DNA of 63,762 nucleotides, the filler included, from an uncultured Gemmatimonadota bacterium (GTDB lineage Bacteria > Blakebacterota > Blakebacteria > Blakebacterales > Blakebacteraceae): the NCBI GenBank assembly GCA_964576115.1. It is 5 parts of 5 records of this genome, joined end to end, with 100 filler letters (N's around TTAATTAATTAA, not from the genome) between each part and the next. Parts side by side here need not be neighbours in the genome. Positions count along the whole stretch, not along the records: positions 55,101 to 63,762 come from CAZNUA010000090.1; 4 more parts are not named here. One strand, 5' to 3'. This document shows, piece by piece, positions 63,446-63,762 of the stretch. Positions within the stretch are counted from its first letter, which is position 1. Every line of letters starts with the position of its first letter. Both the position numbers and the translations under genes were made by a program. Below the pieces are notes generated by a model. That model worked only from the letters and a program-made list of their open reading frames with translations. It was not told the DNA's origin and ran no database searches.

Positions 63446-63762
63446 GTGACAGCCGTTCTGCCCACCCTGGGCACCATGGCGCTTCTGGCCGCCGGTGCCG
63501 CCGGTACCTGGAGCTGGGTCGCCTGCCTCGGGCTGTCCCGGCAAAGTCGCGAGACGCTCTCCGACCGGGCTCGCCACGGTCTCGATATCGCTGTGCTCGG
63601 TCTGCTCTTCGCGAGCCTCATTCTACTGGTCCTGCTATTCACCCGGGCCTATCGGGTCGAGTACGTCTGGGCCCATGTCAGTAACGATCTGCCGGCTCTC
63701 TACGTTCTTTCCGCCTTCTGGGCCGGACAGGAGGGCAGCTTCCTGCTCTGGGCCCTGCTGGC
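63446..63762 (+). CDS. ccmF: Cytochrome c heme lyase CcmF, N-terminal part; runs off the window (not in the ORF track)
   Basis: GTG after AGGAG; translates ...YVWAHVSNDLPALYVLSAFWAGQEGSFLLWALL. Confidence 0.9.
   Translation, partial: MTAVLPTLGTMALLAAGAAGTWSWVACLGLSRQSRETLSDRARHGLDIAVLGLLFASLILLVLLFTRAYRVEYVWAHVSNDLPALYVLSAFWAGQEGSFLLWALL

Overview
GC-rich bacterial sequence, apparently a draft genome or MAG of an uncultured Gemmatimonadota/Latescibacterota/Acidobacteriota-like lineage (inferred from gene content only). It is not one continuous locus. Four artificial N-TTAATTAATTAA-N linkers split it into five segments (1-14161, 14262-28125, 28226-41905, 42006-55000, 55101-63762), and there are three internal 100-N scaffold gaps. 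Segment 1 holds a tandem array of ADOP-type (MacB/FtsX duplicated) ABC permeases, a PadR-ADOP-ankyrin operon, an ADOP pseudogene behind a sigma54-like promoter, and a partial VIT/vWA gene. Segment 2 is the best candidate for an undescribed system: a six-gene signalling cluster (RsbRD_N-like/GAF kinase, NarL regulator, pseudo-receiver, Cache-HAMP kinase, receiver fused to a lipoyl-less GcvH domain, and a 1062-aa HEAT/uridine-kinase-like/WD40 protein) divergent from a NuoE-like 2Fe-2S protein, glutamate dehydrogenase and a Pat-type acyl-CoA ligase/GNAT protein. Segment 3 has an AAA-DUF4143 gene, a Ser/Thr kinase-TPR gene, an S9 peptidase, DUF885, a CsgG-TPR/lipoprotein pair and katG with a Fur-like box. 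Segment 4 has alpha-2-macroglobulin, pbpC, a LOG protein, an S9 peptidase and an AAA ATPase. Segment 5 has an ORFan, a beta-propeller lipoprotein, a TrmB-aspartyl protease pair, an alpha/beta hydrolase, an ADOP permease, ccmE (CxxxY type) and the start of ccmF. I saw no rRNA, tRNA, CRISPR array or transposase. All domain calls come from reading motifs by eye; no searches were run.
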